In this document: in pieces, positions 16,517-33,054 of the stretch
How positions within the stretch are numbered: the stretch's first letter is position 1
Layout of the letters: every line of letters starts with the position of its first letter
From: the human T2T-CHM13v2.0 reference genome, Homo sapiens
Reading direction: 5' to 3' (one strand)
Length of the DNA: 64,000 nucleotides
NCBI RefSeq assembly: GCF_009914755.1
Contig: NC_060935.1
The notes under the pieces: generated by a model
What the model was told of the DNA's origin: nothing
The model's database searches: none
Seen by the model: the letters and a program-made list of their open reading frames with translations, nothing else
Translations under genes and position numbers: made by a program

Positions 16517-16856
16517 TAATTCTAGGCACCATCATACCTGAGTTTCTCAGTAGCCCTAGGAGGTAGCAGGGACAGGTCCAAATACTCTATTGCCACTTTA
16601 CAAATGAAGAGCCTGTAGGAGAGGGAAGCAATTTGTCCCAAGCCAGCATCAAGTCTGTGGCACAGCCAGCACCATAATATCTCCAGGTGCTGTCACATAC
16701 CATATCTGAATCTTCGTAAGAACCCAGGGTGGTCAGACATATGGATGAAGACCTGGAGGCTCAGAGGGGAGGTTTCCCAAGGTCACACCAGTGAGTGGCA
16801 GAGTCAGGGCTGGTACACAGGCCCCGCCCTGGCTCAGCAGGTTGCCGTCCCTGCAG

Positions 16857-17061
16857 CTGGTCAAGACTGCTGAGCTGGACCCCTCTCGGAACTACATTGC
16901 GGGCTTCCACCCCCATGGAGTCCTGGCAGTCGGAGCCTTTGCCAACCTGTGCACTGAGAGCACAGGCTTCTCTTCGATCTTCCCCGGTATCCGCCCCCAT
17001 CTGATGATGCTGACCTTGTGGTTCCGGGCCCCCTTCTTCAGAGATTACATCATGTCTGCAG
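16857..17061 (+). CDS. MOGAT2: MOGAT2 coding exon 3 (catalytic HPHG motif)
   Basis: ctgcag|[21 protein letters not shown]...DYIMSA; donor G|gtgagt; 205 nt; HPHG at 16908-16919. Confidence 0.97.
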
Positions 17062-17391
17062 GTGAGTCTTTCTACCCCTGAGCAGCTCAGGAAGGTAACA
17101 AATTTTCGGAAGGGTTGCCAATAGTTCTGTACTTCTTCCAAGAGCGTGTGCAGTAGGAGAAGGAGGCTAGGCCCAAAGAAGCACTTCCTACAGCACCATG
17201 CTGGGCGCTGAGTCCATCAGGGGGTTGGGAAGAGGGAGAAGACTCAGGGAGCTCCTAGCTGGAATGGGGTGCAGTGGGGGAAAAACCCCAGGCCTCAGTA
17301 GGCATTGCTGGTGATCTCTTTATGGGCTACATGTACTTTCATAGCCCCTGCTCCCTCACCCCATACCTGACCCACTTTTCTCTTTCCCTAG

Positions 17392-17566
17392 GGTTGGTCA
17401 CATCAGAAAAGGAGAGTGCTGCTCACATTCTGAACAGGAAGGGTGGCGGAAACTTGCTGGGCATCATTGTAGGGGGTGCCCAGGAGGCCCTGGATGCCAG
17501 GCCTGGATCCTTCACGCTGTTACTGCGGAACCGAAAGGGCTTCGTCAGGCTCGCCCTGACACACGG
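17392..17566 (+). CDS. MOGAT2: MOGAT2 coding exon 4
   Basis: tttccctag|; (G)LVTSEKES...IVGGAQEAL...[11 protein letters not shown](G); weak donor GG|gtatca; 175 nt. Confidence 0.96.
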
Positions 17567-18211
17567 GTATCAAGCCTCTGGGAAGAGCACTCTGGGTTCA
17601 GTTGGCAATTGGCAAGGATTTTATTTTGGTGGGAAGATGGCAGAGACGAATGCAGATTCTATTTTGGTAGAGATTTTCAGTCCATTCACAATTAAGATTA
17701 TATTTTGGTGTCTTATGCCCAAATACCTAGAAAAGTTTCCACAACGGAGACTCAGTGATCTAAGAAACTAGGTGGCAATGAACATATTCCACAAAGCTGG
17801 CATTTGATCTGAGATCTGTGGTATCTAGAAGAGTGATATTTGGGGTACATTTCAGAGCTGTTCTCCCTCCTTGGGGTGAAGCATCCTTGAGAAACATGAG
17901 CCAGCTGAGGTGGGAGATATTTTTCTAGGAAAAACAATGCAGATTTTTATATCTGGGAGGACTCTCTGAAGCATTCTGGTCTACCTCTCATGGTGCAACT
18001 GGGAAGTTGTGGCCCTGCAAGGGACCTGCCCAAGGTCAGAGAATGGGGCTGTGAAGGTCTGGGAGATAACCCAGGCCTCCACCTCCAGCCCAGGTGGCTG
18101 ACCTCTGCTCCATTTCTTGGTCACTGAGTCCCTGCAGGAAGCTAAAGGGCCTTTCAGCTCGTGCCTTCTCTGGGGCCTCCCACATGCCCTCTTTCCTCTA
18201 TTTGTCTCCAG

Positions 18212-18411
18212 GGCACCCCTGGTGCCAATCTTCTCCTTCGGGGAGAATGACCTATTTGACCAGATTCCCAACTCTTCTGGCTCCTGGTTACGCTATATCC
18301 AGAATCGGTTGCAGAAGATCATGGGCATCTCCCTCCCACTCTTTCATGGCCGTGGTGTCTTCCAGTACAGCTTTGGTTTAATACCCTACCGCCGGCCCAT
18401 CACCACTGTGG
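18212..18411 (+). CDS. MOGAT2: MOGAT2 coding exon 5
   Basis: tctccag|; [13 protein letters not shown]...RPITTV; donor G|gtaagt; 200 nt. Confidence 0.97.
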
Positions 18412-18621
18412 GTAAGTCCAGGACCAGGCTGGGAGGGAGGAGGCCAAAGGGACAGGGCAGGTTGTGTGCTGCAAGGGGACATGGAGATGAGCCAGATTTA
18501 TTCCTGCCCTAATGGGGCTCACATTCTAGACTGGGAAACATACACACACAAGCAGATAGAATAGAAGACAGTCTGGGATAGGAACTATAGCAGAGGTGCC
18601 AACAGCAATAGTTGTGACTAA

Positions 18622-18996
<375 letters not shown>

Positions 18997-19128
18997 ATAC
19001 CTTCAAGACAGGAGTTACTATCCCCATTTCATTGATGGTAAACTGGGGCTCAGAGAAGTTAAGTAACTTCCAAAATATCACACTGTTTTTGAATAACAAA
19101 GTTGAGGTTTTTACTAAGATCATTCTGA

Positions 19129-19540
<412 letters not shown>

Positions 19541-20051
19541 TAAACCCCTACATCATGAACTCCCCTGTGTTGTGTAGCAATATTTTCATGAATTTTAATA
19601 TTTCTGCTGCCTCCAGAGCTATTGCCAGAAGAGAGGACAGAGGAACTGCCTTCCCAGCCAGGCAGAACCAGAGAAAGGGATGAGTTAGGTCCTTCCTGGT
19701 TCTTCCCTGGGATGAGAGAAGCCACTGCAGGTCAGCGTGGAGGGGTAGAAGGGAAAGAAGAGCTGCCTGGGCTATGAACACACCCCATCTTAGAAATATA
19801 GCCGCTTCCATTCATGGCATCTTGGACTCCCCAAATCATATAGCCTGAAGGTAAAGGGCACATCCCTGGGGTCTAAAACCTGGCAGTGGTTCTTCCTGGC
19901 TATGTGACCTTGAACAAGTCAGGCAACCTCTCTGAGCCTCATTGACTCATCTGTCAAATAGGAATGACAGGTTTTTATACCCATAGGATAAAAGGGAGTA
20001 TTTCATGTAAAGCACCTAGTGCATTGCCTGACACATTGAAATCCAGCCACT

Positions 20052-20523
<472 letters not shown>

Positions 20524-20554
20524 CTAGGCCACTGCACACCTCTATGCCTTGCAG

Positions 20555-20709
20555 TGGGGAAGCCCATCGAGGTACAGAAGACGCTGCATCCCTCGGAGGA
20601 GGAGGTGAACCAGCTGCACCAGCGTTATATCAAAGAGCTGTGCAACCTCTTCGAGGCCCACAAACTTAAGTTCAACATCCCTGCTGACCAGCACTTGGAG
20701 TTCTGCTGA
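20555..20709 (+). CDS. MOGAT2: MOGAT2 coding exon 6 (terminal)
   Basis: ccttgcag|; (V)GKPIEVQKT...QHLEFC then TGA; 155 nt; the six exons sum to 1005 nt = 334 aa plus stop with all phases consistent. Confidence 0.97.
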
Positions 20710-22355
20710 GCCCAAAGGGCAGGGCCAACATTAGGGAGCCCAGCAGGAGGTGCTGTGCTGAGAAGACTTCCTGGAGGTGTTTGTTGAACATATCTGCAGA
20801 GCCTTCCCAGACTCCTGCAAATCCAACCCATATCAGGCTGTAAGTCAGAGCAGGCAATGCAGAAGAGGAGACCAGACCAAGGGGTCAGCTGGGGCTAGGA
20901 CAGTGAGGGCTGCTAGAGGGGCTGGGCCTCTCTTTGCACATGGACACTGGGCCCCTCTCTATATTGAGTGGTCTGTTAACATTCATTGGTGGCTGATTCC
21001 AAAAGATGAGAGCCAAAGCTGCACGGACTCGAGTCCTAGGCTGCACACCTCACAAGCATCTCTTCTACTGCATTCTGTTGGTCGAAGCAAGTCACAACCC
21101 AGCAGATTCAAGGAGTAAGGAATAGGATCCCCCTCTGGATGGGAGGAGCAGCAATGTCATATTACAAAAGGGTGTGGACACATGCAGGGATTCTTACTGC
21201 CGTCTTTGCAAACAATCCACCAAAACTTAAAAACTAAAAGCCTGAAGCACAAGCACTCTCCACCCCAGGCACACACACCCTGGAATTCCCTGTGTGACCA
21301 TGGTACCACCACTGTGTGTCCCGAGGATCCCAGCTCAGCTTTGCATCGCTGCCCTATCTCCCTCTCGCTCTCCCCTGTTGATCCCTCATGCACAGCCACA
21401 GCGAGCTGTCTAAAACACAAAGCTGACCGCGCCATTTCCTACTCAGCATCCTTCCATGACCCTCCATTGCTCCTAGGATAGGGTTTGGACCAGTCTGAAT
21501 CCAGAGGATCAGGATCCAGCAGGAACCAGAGGATAATTTGAGGAGGGTTTAAAAAGGAACCATTTTTTGAGGTGTGTGCACTGTTTCCACCCTGAGGCCT
21601 GGAAGGATGAATGGAAGCAGCAGTTCCTGAACCAGGAAGACTCATGTGTGGGGGCCATTGCTGGTCAAGGGGCACGAACAGGTCTGGTGACCCTGCAAGG
21701 GAGGAGCCAGGAGCAAGCATTCCCACTTCACCTTCCTCCATTCAGTCTGCTGCCAAGTTCCCCACTGCCTGAGCCCAACTAGAAGCTGGAGGGAAGGAGG
21801 GCCTGTGGCTGCAGTCCAGGCATGTAGGCCTCCTGGGAAAGGGAGAATGGCAAAGACAGGCAGAGTGGATCTGGAGGGGTCAACGGAAGACGGAACATGT
21901 CCACTTCCAGGCCCGAGCTTCTCAGCCTGCCGTTTGCCACTCTCCAGCATCTGGCCCAGCCTGTCCATCCTCATCTCTCTTCCTCCCTTACTCCGTGCTC
22001 CCATCACTCGGAACCATTTGCATTTCTTTGTCTCAGCTATATTGTCTCACCTCTGAGTTTTTGCCCATGATGTTGGATGCCATGGAATGCCATATCCTCC
22101 CCATTATCTCCCCCTTGTCTGGATAATTCCTACTCATCCTACAATACTGATTTTATCTGTGCAAAGAAGTCTTCCCCAGTGCCTCTGGTTGACAGGGGTT
22201 TCCTCTGGCTTCTCCAGACTTTCTGTTCCTCCACCACAGCCCTTAGCACCCTGGGGAGGAGGTGTTGCTGTCCAGGTAAATGCTGCGCCAATGCCCCTGC
22301 CTCTAGTGCACTCCCTCCAGCCTACCCACAAACAGGACCTGCATCCTGTCTCACA

Positions 22356-22361
22356 AATAAA
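22356..22361 (+). terminator. MOGAT2: Probable MOGAT2 polyadenylation signal AATAAA (3' UTR about 1.67 kb)
   Basis: First canonical AATAAA I found downstream of the stop codon. Confidence 0.7.
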
Positions 22362-22973
22362 ACTGAACTCTTGAAATGGTGTCCAATGCCTCGGGATAAT
22401 GCCTAAACTCCTCCTCAGCCTGGCATTCAAGGCCTTTATCATCTGCCCTCTAGACCCCACCAGCCTCACCTCTGGACCCTCTCCCCTTGCCACCTGTCAC
22501 TCCCGCCCCCTTCGCTGCTCTCTGAATATACTCTGCTCTTGCACTGGCTTATTTAGGGGCGCACCGTTCCCTTCCTTCTGGAACACTCTTTCTTCTCAGT
22601 CTGGTCAGCGTCACTCACTTCCAAAGGTCGCCTCCTTTGTCAAACCTCATCCTACACTTCTACCCTCAAACTCTGCCCTTTGCCCTGAATCAGCCCTCTT
22701 TTGCACTGTCTTCAGGGATGAAAGGGTCATAGTCATTCATAGGCGAGTGTACTTCTCTGTCTCCCAGTGGACTGGGAACCCCCTTAGGCCCTTATCCATG
22801 GTGGCTTCAGCCCCATTCAACCCAGCTCCACCGCCAGCACAGGACCTCAGCATCCCCAGTGAGTGGGAGTTGGTTGAGTAAATGAATTCTCACATGTGTG
22901 CTTCCTCTCAATCCCACCCACATGAGGCCTGGGGCAGGGATAAGGGGAAGAAGACTCAGGCTTTGCCTCCGAG

Positions 22974-23477
22974 GTGATTAAATTAGTTCTGCATCACTGC
23001 ATGACAGATCACTCCAAAATTTGGCTGCTTTAAACAACAAACCCTCATCGACTCTCGGTTTCCGGGGGTCAGGTGTCTGGGAATGGCTTAGTGGAGTGGT
23101 TCTGGCTCAGGGTTTCTCATGAGGTTGCAGCCAGGCTGGGGCTGGGGCGGGGGCTGTGGTCTCTGAAGGCCTGAGTGTGGCTGCAGGACCTGCTTCCAGG
23201 CCTACTTGTGTGGCTGTTGGCAGGAGGCTTCTGTTGTTTGCTATGTGGGCCTCTCCACAGGGCTGCCAATTACTTGGCTTCTCCCAGAGTGAGTGAGCCA
23301 AGAGAAAGAGAGAGGCCACACTGCCTTTTATGACCTGGTCTCTGAGTTTCACACTATCAATTCCACCTTACTTTCTTGGTTAGATGTGAGTCACTAAGTC
23401 CAGCCTATACTCCATACAAGGGTGTGAATACCCAGGGGTGGAGTCCCTGGGCACCAGCTTGGAGGCTGGCTGCTACA
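22974..23477. mobile_element. MaLR LTR (MLT1-type)
   Basis: ttaaacaacaaa...gggtttctcatgaggttgcag...ccttttatgacctggtc...ggctgctaca, typical of MLT1. Confidence 0.7.
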
Positions 23478-25443
23478 GTGATGGTGGATGAGCTTCAGAG
23501 TCTAGACTGTATCACACTGATGCTGTTTACTTCTGCACAGGGCAGCTTGCCTTGGAGGACAGAGACTGAGCCAGCCATATAAAGGGGACCCAGAGGGGTG
23601 AGAGCAACAGTTTGAGCAAAAGCTGCAGGTAGGAATGATGACTGTGACCCCCCAGCCTGGGCTAGGATGGAGTACAAGGTGGCCATTAGACAGACGGGTG
23701 CCAGGATGGGAGATAAGGGGTAGGGGAGAGGCTTGAGGGGCCAGAGAGGAAAGGTCTCTCCTTCTTTCACAGCAACCTTGGAGGCTTCATGTTGAAGATA
23801 TCAACAGCACAAGATGCAAGGTGTATAGAGCCCTGATCTCAGAGAAGGTCTGCCCAAGAGAGCCACCCAAGCAGGAATATCCATGCTGGACTTCGCATGT
23901 GCAAAAACATGCCCTTTTACTGGCTCAAGCCACTGAGATAGGAGTGTGTTTGTTATGGTAATTGGCCTCCCCAACTAATGTGCCAGGAGCTATCCACGTA
24001 AGGACTCAATTATTAATTTAGCACTTCCTAACAACTCTCAGGGGCCCTCAGAGCCTGCCTCAGAGGCCTCACCCTTATGTGGGGAAGGCAGCCTCCTCCC
24101 CTCCATACATGCACAGATAAAGGCAGCAGAGGATGGCAGGATGTGTCAGGCATGGTAGAGAGGGTCAGAGGCCCTCAAGTAATGGGGACAGCTGGAGTCT
24201 CCTCTGGAAATCAGCCTGCACTTTGACCTGGGGAGAAGTTCTCAGACATTATTTCCCAAGGGGACAAAGGGCCTGCTGAGACGCAGTCCCTCTGATACTG
24301 CTTTATGGTGACTTGGCCAGGGGTTGGCCAGCATAGCACAGCCAGCAGCCACGTGGCAGGGACAAGGCTGCAAGTGCAAGTCGGGTCCACTTGCTGAGTC
24401 TCAGCTCCCAAGGGGACTGTGCTTTGTGAGGGTTCAGAAGCAGGAAGGAGGGAGGAGGGCATCCAGATGGAAGCTGCTGAGTGAGCAAACACAGAGGGGA
24501 GGGAAAATGTGGGGCACAAGTTGGTGACAGCTGCAGGTGTGAGTCACGGTGCAAGGGTGAGTTTCAAAGAAAAGGAGGCTAGAGGTAGGTCTCTTTTTAG
24601 AAAACTTTTATTGAGTCCTTGCTATGTGCCAAGTGCTGGGGACAGAGTGGCAACCAAGCTGGATTGGGTCCCTGGCTTTCCCTTGTCTACTGAATGGTGG
24701 AAGCCAAATGTCCAGTCAAGGAGTCAGGAATTTCTCCCAAAGGTAGGGAGGAGCCCTGGAAAGTCCTTGAGCTGGTGTAGGTCAAGGGCAAGGCCACAAG
24801 GGCAAAAAATGCCTTAGGTTGAACAGGGCATTTGTCTTAATGACCTCACAGAAGGGCAGAGTCAGCACCCTGAGCCATTTACTGAGGACCTACTATGTGC
24901 TAGGATCTGGATGGGATGCTCTACATGTATTATGTCAAACACACCCACAGTGACCTCTTTATAATAGATGAGGTTCATTTGTCAGAAAGGCTAAAGGACT
25001 TTCTGGAATCCTGGCCCCAAGACGTGGACTGCCTGCCCAGACAGCTATCACATGCTCCTCACATTCTGCTGGGTTCTGGCCTCAGACCCAGCCGAATGGC
25101 ACAATGGAAATGGCAGAGGCCGGAGAGCCAGCCTGGCTGCGTGACCCTGTGCAAGTCAGGTCCAGTTGCTGAGTCTCAGTTTCTTCACTTGTAAATGGTC
25201 TTCCCACAAATGGGTGTTCAATAAATGCCAGTTCTTCCTCCCTCTCCCCCTTTATAAATTCCAGGAAATGGTTTTTGAAAGACTTACGAGAGTTTGTGTC
25301 TATCACAAATGAGGTTAGGGCATTTCTAAGACTCTAGAGTCCCTTCAACCCCTGCTGGAAAACCAACCTGTTTCCCTTTTCAACAGTTGAACTGGTGTAC
25401 ATCTGTTCACATCTTTAGTGATAAGGTGAGGAGAAAATTATGA

Positions 25444-25765
<322 letters not shown>

Positions 25766-25843
25766 GTCAGCCCCTTTTAAAGGGGACCTTAAAGAACAAA
25801 AAACAGCCACAAAACTCTGTCCCTATCAATAACATGTCAATGA

Positions 25844-26176
<333 letters not shown>

Positions 26177-26799
26177 TAAAAAAAAAAGTAAAATTGTCAA
26201 AAGCCTGCATTTGGGGATGCCCTAGGTCAATGCTTCTTGAAATGTCTGTGGTAAACGACCAGATTTTTGGTTTTTGCTTTTTTTCCCAATCCTTCATGGA
26301 CCTATCCATTTTATAAGACACAATATAAGTTACTAGAAAAATGAGAAAAGAAAACTAAGACATAGTATAACATTTTATTATTAGTTTCAACAGACATGAA
26401 ATTACTGTGCCATATTGCTCTGAAGTCTCTGAACAGTTCCGCTCCATTTCTGTAATTATTTTGTCAAGAACCAGTAACAAGCTGTTCATGGACGTGCATT
26501 GGTCTCCAGACCACATTGGAGTAACACAGCACTGCCCTGGAACTCTTTGTTGTGACTAAATGCTGGCATTGTAAGGTTGTTGCGAGTTAAGAAACACAAA
26601 ACTAACCGGTGAATTGCAAAGTGCTATACACTAATTGGTTAGGGATGTCATCTTAGCCACTTTCACCCAGATAAGCTGAGAAGGCTCCTAGAAGGGCAGG
26701 GCTTGCCTGAAGTCACATAGCTGGTAAGTGGCAGATGCAGAACTGGCATCCCAGTTCCCACCCAGTGCTCTTTCCACTCTGCCTTGGGCAGTGGATACG

Positions 26800-27130
26800 A
26801 GGATGTGTCCCCAGGCGCATTTTCGGGGAAGAACTCCATTCCCAGCTGCAGGAAGTGTAGTCTGCCCCTTCTGAGATCACCTCCACTGCAGAGAGCTGCC
26901 TCTGCAAGGGCATACAGCCCATGACTGAGCCAGCCAGGGTAGAAAGGCCGGGCCACGTCAGCCCAGATCAATACAACTCTGATGGGACATTTCAGTTTGA
27001 CTTCTCCCTCCATCCAAATTTGCTGCGTTCCCTTCCTTCTTGTGGTATTGACTCCAAAGGTTCTCTAAGAAACATCCTGTAGGCTACACACCATCTCAGA
27101 ATCCACTTCCTGGAGAACCCAATCTGTGAC
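26800..27130 (+). mobile_element. ERVL LTR remnant (LTR16-like)
   Basis: Ends catctcagaatccacttcctggagaacccaatctgtgaca, typical of these LTR 3' ends. Confidence 0.5.
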
Positions 27131-27880
27131 ATCATGCGTATTTAAAGGGGTAAATCTCAGTACGAGGCTCGGAGAGGTTAAAAAATTTGTCTGCAGTCAC
27201 ACTGTTTTTAAGTGGTGGAGCGAGGATTTGAATTCAGATCTGACTGCAAAGGCTGTATTTTTGTCTAATAAAGTGTGACCTGACTACCAGCTTGGGAAAC
27301 AAAAGAAAGGATCAGAATGGTTGGATTTAATCTGTAAAATTAAAAATAACTCTTATTTATTCAAAATGGCACAGCCATTTTAGAAGACAGTTTGGCAGAT
27401 TCTCATAAAGTTAAACATAGACTTACTACACAACTGAGCAACTGTGCTCTTAGGTATTTACTCTACTGATTGGAAAACTAGTCTATATGAAAACCTGTAC
27501 ATGAATGTTTATGGCCACTTTATTCATAATCACCAAAAACTGGAAGCAACCAAGATGTCCTTCAATAGGTGAATGGATGTTTTAAAAACCTGTGGTTCAA
27601 TCCATACAATGGAATCCTATTCAGAAATACAGATAACTGAGCTGTAAATTCACACAATAGCATGGATGAATCTTAAGTGCATTTTGCTAAGCCAAAGAAG
27701 CCAGACCAAAAAGGCTACATACTGTATGATTTCACTCCTATGACATTCTGGAAAAGGATAACATATAGGGACAAAAAAGCATATCAGCTGTAGGGAGCCT
27801 ATGGCTGAGGAAGCACTGGGAGCTTTCTAGGGCAGTAGAACTAATTCCTATGGTATTATAGTGCTGTCTACTTGATACTA

Positions 27881-28243
<363 letters not shown>

Positions 28244-28819
28244 TTAGAATCGCCCAAAAAGTTAAGGTATCCCAGGGTAGAATGCAGACTGTGATGATGA
28301 AAGAATCTCAATTGTCTTATAAATGTATGAGAAAACTTCACTGAAGGGAGTGAGAGAACAAAGGGCTGACCTAAGTAACTTTGGGAAAGAATATTTTGAC
28401 TGGAAACTGCAAGACTGATGTAAAAATACAATGTCCATAAACACTGCACCGTACTTGGTAAAGATGAATTTATCATGGGGGTGCAGGGTAACAAGTCTGA
28501 AACTGCCATACATGTGTTGCAATTGAACACATAAGTAAATAGATGACAGGGGCCACTTTTCTCACTGTTGGAGAAGGAGGATGACTAGAATGATCCATGT
28601 GGTAAGGAATTAGAGGGAGACATCATATGAACTCATATTTAGTTTAATATAGACACAGCTGGATAGATGCAATTATAAATAGGTATGTATACATGGGAAA
28701 TATATGTCTCCTAGCTCTGTCTTCTGAGAGGGACTAGAAACAGTGGCACCCAGTAGCAACTAGCACACCGAGAGCTCAGATCTTGGTTTCTAATACCTTT
28801 CTCTAAAAAAAGAATTCCT

Positions 28820-29140
28820 GGCCAGACACGGTGGCTCATGCCTGTAATCCCAGCACTTGGGAGGCTGAGGTGGGAGAATCATAAGGTCAGGAGTTCAAGA
28901 CCAGCCTGGCTAACATGGTGAAACCCTTTCTCTACTAAAAATACAAAAATTAGTCAGGCGTGGTGGCAGGCACCTGTAATCCTAGCTACTCAGGAAGCTG
29001 AGGTGGGAGAATTGCTTGAATCCAGGAGGCGAAAGTTGTAGAGAGCCAAGATTGCACCACTGCACTCCAGCCTGGGAGACAAGAGTAAAACTCCATCTCA
29101 AAAATAAAATAAAATAAGTAAAAAATAAAAATAAATATAA
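28820..29140 (+). mobile_element. Alu
   Basis: Sense Alu; TSD aaaagaattcct. Confidence 0.95.
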
Positions 29141-30172
29141 AAAGAATTCCTGAGACACTTAAAGAAATGCCTGATTCTAGGGCTGGAGTAGGGAAAATGC
29201 AAGATGAGCCTGAAAAATCTTGTAGTGCCAGAAAGTAAAGAAGTGCTTAAAAAAACAAAATGATGAGGATATCTCAAAAGGACACAGGAGCCAAACAGAA
29301 CAAGCTCCCAATGTCCACAGCTGCAACAATTCAAACAATAAAATAAACAACATAGTACTGGGATTATAATCCAAAGTGTAAAATAAATATCCATGAGTAC
29401 ATACTGATATAAATGATTGAATAATAAATAAATGGGAGAGAAGAGACAAATCTCCCTAAGAGAAGAATCCCAAATAACTTCTGTAGATATTCCCCCTGAG
29501 ATGAAGCTCAGCCCTCTCCCAGTTGAACTGGGTTGTGCTTAGAGACTTGCTTCCAAGGGTAGCACTGAGAAAGAGCTGGGTGTGGAGGGAGGGACAGGGA
29601 GTAACTTTATAGTGAAAGCACCTAGAAAACACTACCTCTGCCAGGTGATCAAGGTTAAAATCACCAGTGATAAGTCATGTTGATAGTAAGTACCCTTGAT
29701 GTATTATGATGAGAATGGCACATCACTCCTGTGGCCTTTCTCCCCAAACGCCATAACCCCAGTTTAATCAGGAGAAAAACATCAGATAAATCCATATTGA
29801 GGAACAGCCCACAGAACACCTGACCTGTACTTCTCAAAACTAAACATCATCAAATACAAGGAAAATCTGAGAAACTGTCACAGACCAGAGGAGGCTAAGA
29901 AGACATGATATCTAAATGAAATATGGTATCCTGGGTGGGATCCTCTAACAGATAGAAGTCACTAGGAAAAACCAGTAAAATTGGAATAAAATAAGGAGTT
30001 TGATAGTAATGTGCCAATCTTGCCTTTTTAGTTGTGACAAATGTGTAATAGTTCTGAACATTTAAGGTGAAGTGTGTATAGGAATTCTCTTTACTATCTG
30101 TGCATCTTTTCTGTAAATCTAAAACTATTCTAAAATTAAAATTTTATTTACATTGAGAACAATTGCTGTGAG

Positions 30173-30697
30173 ATGTCATGTTAGGTTTCTGCAGCTGTTA
30201 TAGCAAATTACCATAAACTTAGTCATTTAAAACAACAGAAATGTATCCTCTTACAGTTCTGAAGGCAAGAAGTCTGAAATCAGTGGCAATGGTGTCAGTT
30301 TGATAAGGTGCCAGCAGGGCCACTTCCCTCCAGAGGCTCTAGGGGGGAATCTGTTTCCTTAACTTGTCCAGCTTCTAGAGCTACTTTCCTTGGCTCATGG
30401 GCCCTTCCTCCATCTCCACAGGTAGCAGCATCTTCAAATCTTTCTCTCTGCTTCCACCATCACATCATCTTCTGCCCTCTGTGTCTCGTAGAATCTCTCT
30501 CTGCTTCCCTCTTATGAACATGTAATGGCATTCAGAGCCTGTCCATATCATCCAGGGTAAGCTCCCATCTCAAGATCCTCAGCATAATCACATCTGCAGA
30601 GCTCCCTCAACCTTTTTTGCCATGTAAGCTAACATCCACAGGTTGTAGAGACTAGGATGTAGATATCTTTTGGGGGGCCACTTTTCAGCCTACCACA
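30173..30697. mobile_element. MaLR LTR (MLT1C/D-like)
   Basis: aaattaccataaacttagtcatttaaaacaacagaaatgtatcctcttacagttctg...cagcctaccaca. Confidence 0.75.
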
Positions 30698-31551
30698 GAT
30701 GCTAGGCAAGTTCTTCACTCTCTCTGAGACTCAGGTTCCTCATCTGGAAGTGATATATGCAAATGTGAAATAAATTAGGAGGGCTGATCTGCCACTGGAC
30801 TGGTAGAAGGGGAAGGCAGGAGCCTGAAGAGCCCCTTGTCTTGGGCAAATGAGACCTGACACTACTCTCTTCCCCATGTGTTCCTCCCATCCACATTGGC
30901 CATGTCCTCATGGTAGTATAAATAAAGAAATGTGGGGTTAGGGATCCTAAGACCTGAGTTCAAGTCCCAGTCCTGTCAGCAACTTGCAGCATGTCCTCGG
31001 GTAAGTCACTTTCTGTATCTGGAGTATATAGTGATTCTACAAAACATATATGTTAATTCTGCCCTGGAAAAGGGCTGGAGAGGGACTACTGAGATCCCTC
31101 TTGCCCTGAGAGGTCATAATTATGGGATGTTTATATTCCTGGCGTCTTTCTTTTGACTAAAGGATCTAGGTCCCTCCTAGTAACTAGAGCCCAGTGGAAG
31201 CAGCAATGCTTAGTAATGGTAGTAATGGCAAAGATTTAGGCACTGTGGCTTGTGGGACGGTAAAGAGGGGAGGGAAGAGCCTCCTGTTTCTTACTCGCTT
31301 CTACCAAGGCCCCATTAGTCTAGACTAAGGGTGAGCAAGCTATAGCCTCTGTTTGAATGACCTGTGGGCTAAGAACGGTTTTTACAGATGAACATTTGAA
31401 ATCAATTTAATGATAGGAAACACGAACTTTGAGCCCCAGTGAACTAAAATGTTATCTTCCAAAAAAGAACTTCATTATTCTTATTACAAGACCTATGTTA
31501 CAAAAAATTATACTCAATTATTTACTTTGGGTTTACAGTTAAAATTTTGTA

Positions 31552-31851
31552 GCCAGGTGTGATGTCATGCACCTTAGTCCCAGCTATTCTGGAGACTGAG
31601 GCAGGAGGATCGCTTGAGCCCAGGAGCTCTGGGCTGTAGTGTGCTATACCAATTGTGTGTTCACACTCAGTTCAGCATCATTATGGTGACTTCCTGGGAG
31701 CAAGGGACCACCAGGTTGCCTAAGGAGGGGTAAACCAGCCCAGGTCAGAAATGGAGCAGGTTAAAACTCCTGTGCTGATTGGTAGTGGGGTCGCACCTGT
31801 GAATAGCCACTGCACTCCAGCCTGGGCAACTTCATGAGACCCCATCTCTTT
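31552..31851 (+). pseudogene. 7SL (SRP RNA) retropseudogene
   Basis: About 300 nt with Alu-like ends plus the 7SL-specific S domain (ggaccaccaggttgcctaaggaggggtaaaccagcccaggtcagaaatggagcagg), many CpG-type decays, A-rich tail. Confidence 0.92.
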
Positions 31852-31872
31852 AAAAAAACAAAAACAAAAACA

Positions 31873-32214
<342 letters not shown>

Positions 32215-32730
32215 TTATATGAATACCTGCATAATATCCTGGACTTTGCCTTTCTGCCTGCAAGCCTCTGTCAGCCCTCAATTAATGAGTTGTCTTATCT
32301 TCCACCTCAAATCTATCTTAAGCTATCCACCCTCCACTTTGCAGCCAGAAGGATCTTTCTAATGTAAGTCTGACCATACCATTCACCTGATTCAAACTTC
32401 CCAGTGGTCTATCTGTCCAGCTCCTTGGCTGGCATACAGCCCGCACAGTCTGGTTTCTGTCTTCCTTCCCAGCCACTCTCTACCCTCCAGCCATATTGAA
32501 CTTCCAGTTCTCTAGGGCACCTTGCTTCCCCCAGGACCAGCATTTTACACAAGCTGTTCCCTCTGCCTAAGATGCTGTTCACTACTCAAATTCAATTCCT
32601 CCTTAGTCTTTTAAGTCATTTTAGACATTAACTCCACCAAAAAGCCATCCCTGATCCAACCTCCCTCCAGGCTGTGAGGTGCCTCCTCTTGGCTTCCGCA
32701 ATTCCCTGCTTCCTTCCAGCCTAGCATTGA

Positions 32731-33054
<324 letters not shown>

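Noticed and set aside
16835-16856. Upstream CAGCAG as alternative exon 3 acceptors
   Set aside because: Offsets of 16 and 19 nt both cause frameshifts.
18158-18211. In-frame alternative acceptor adding 18 aa to MOGAT2 exon 5
   Set aside because: Frame-compatible, but its pyrimidine tract is short compared with the canonical site; no evidence of use.
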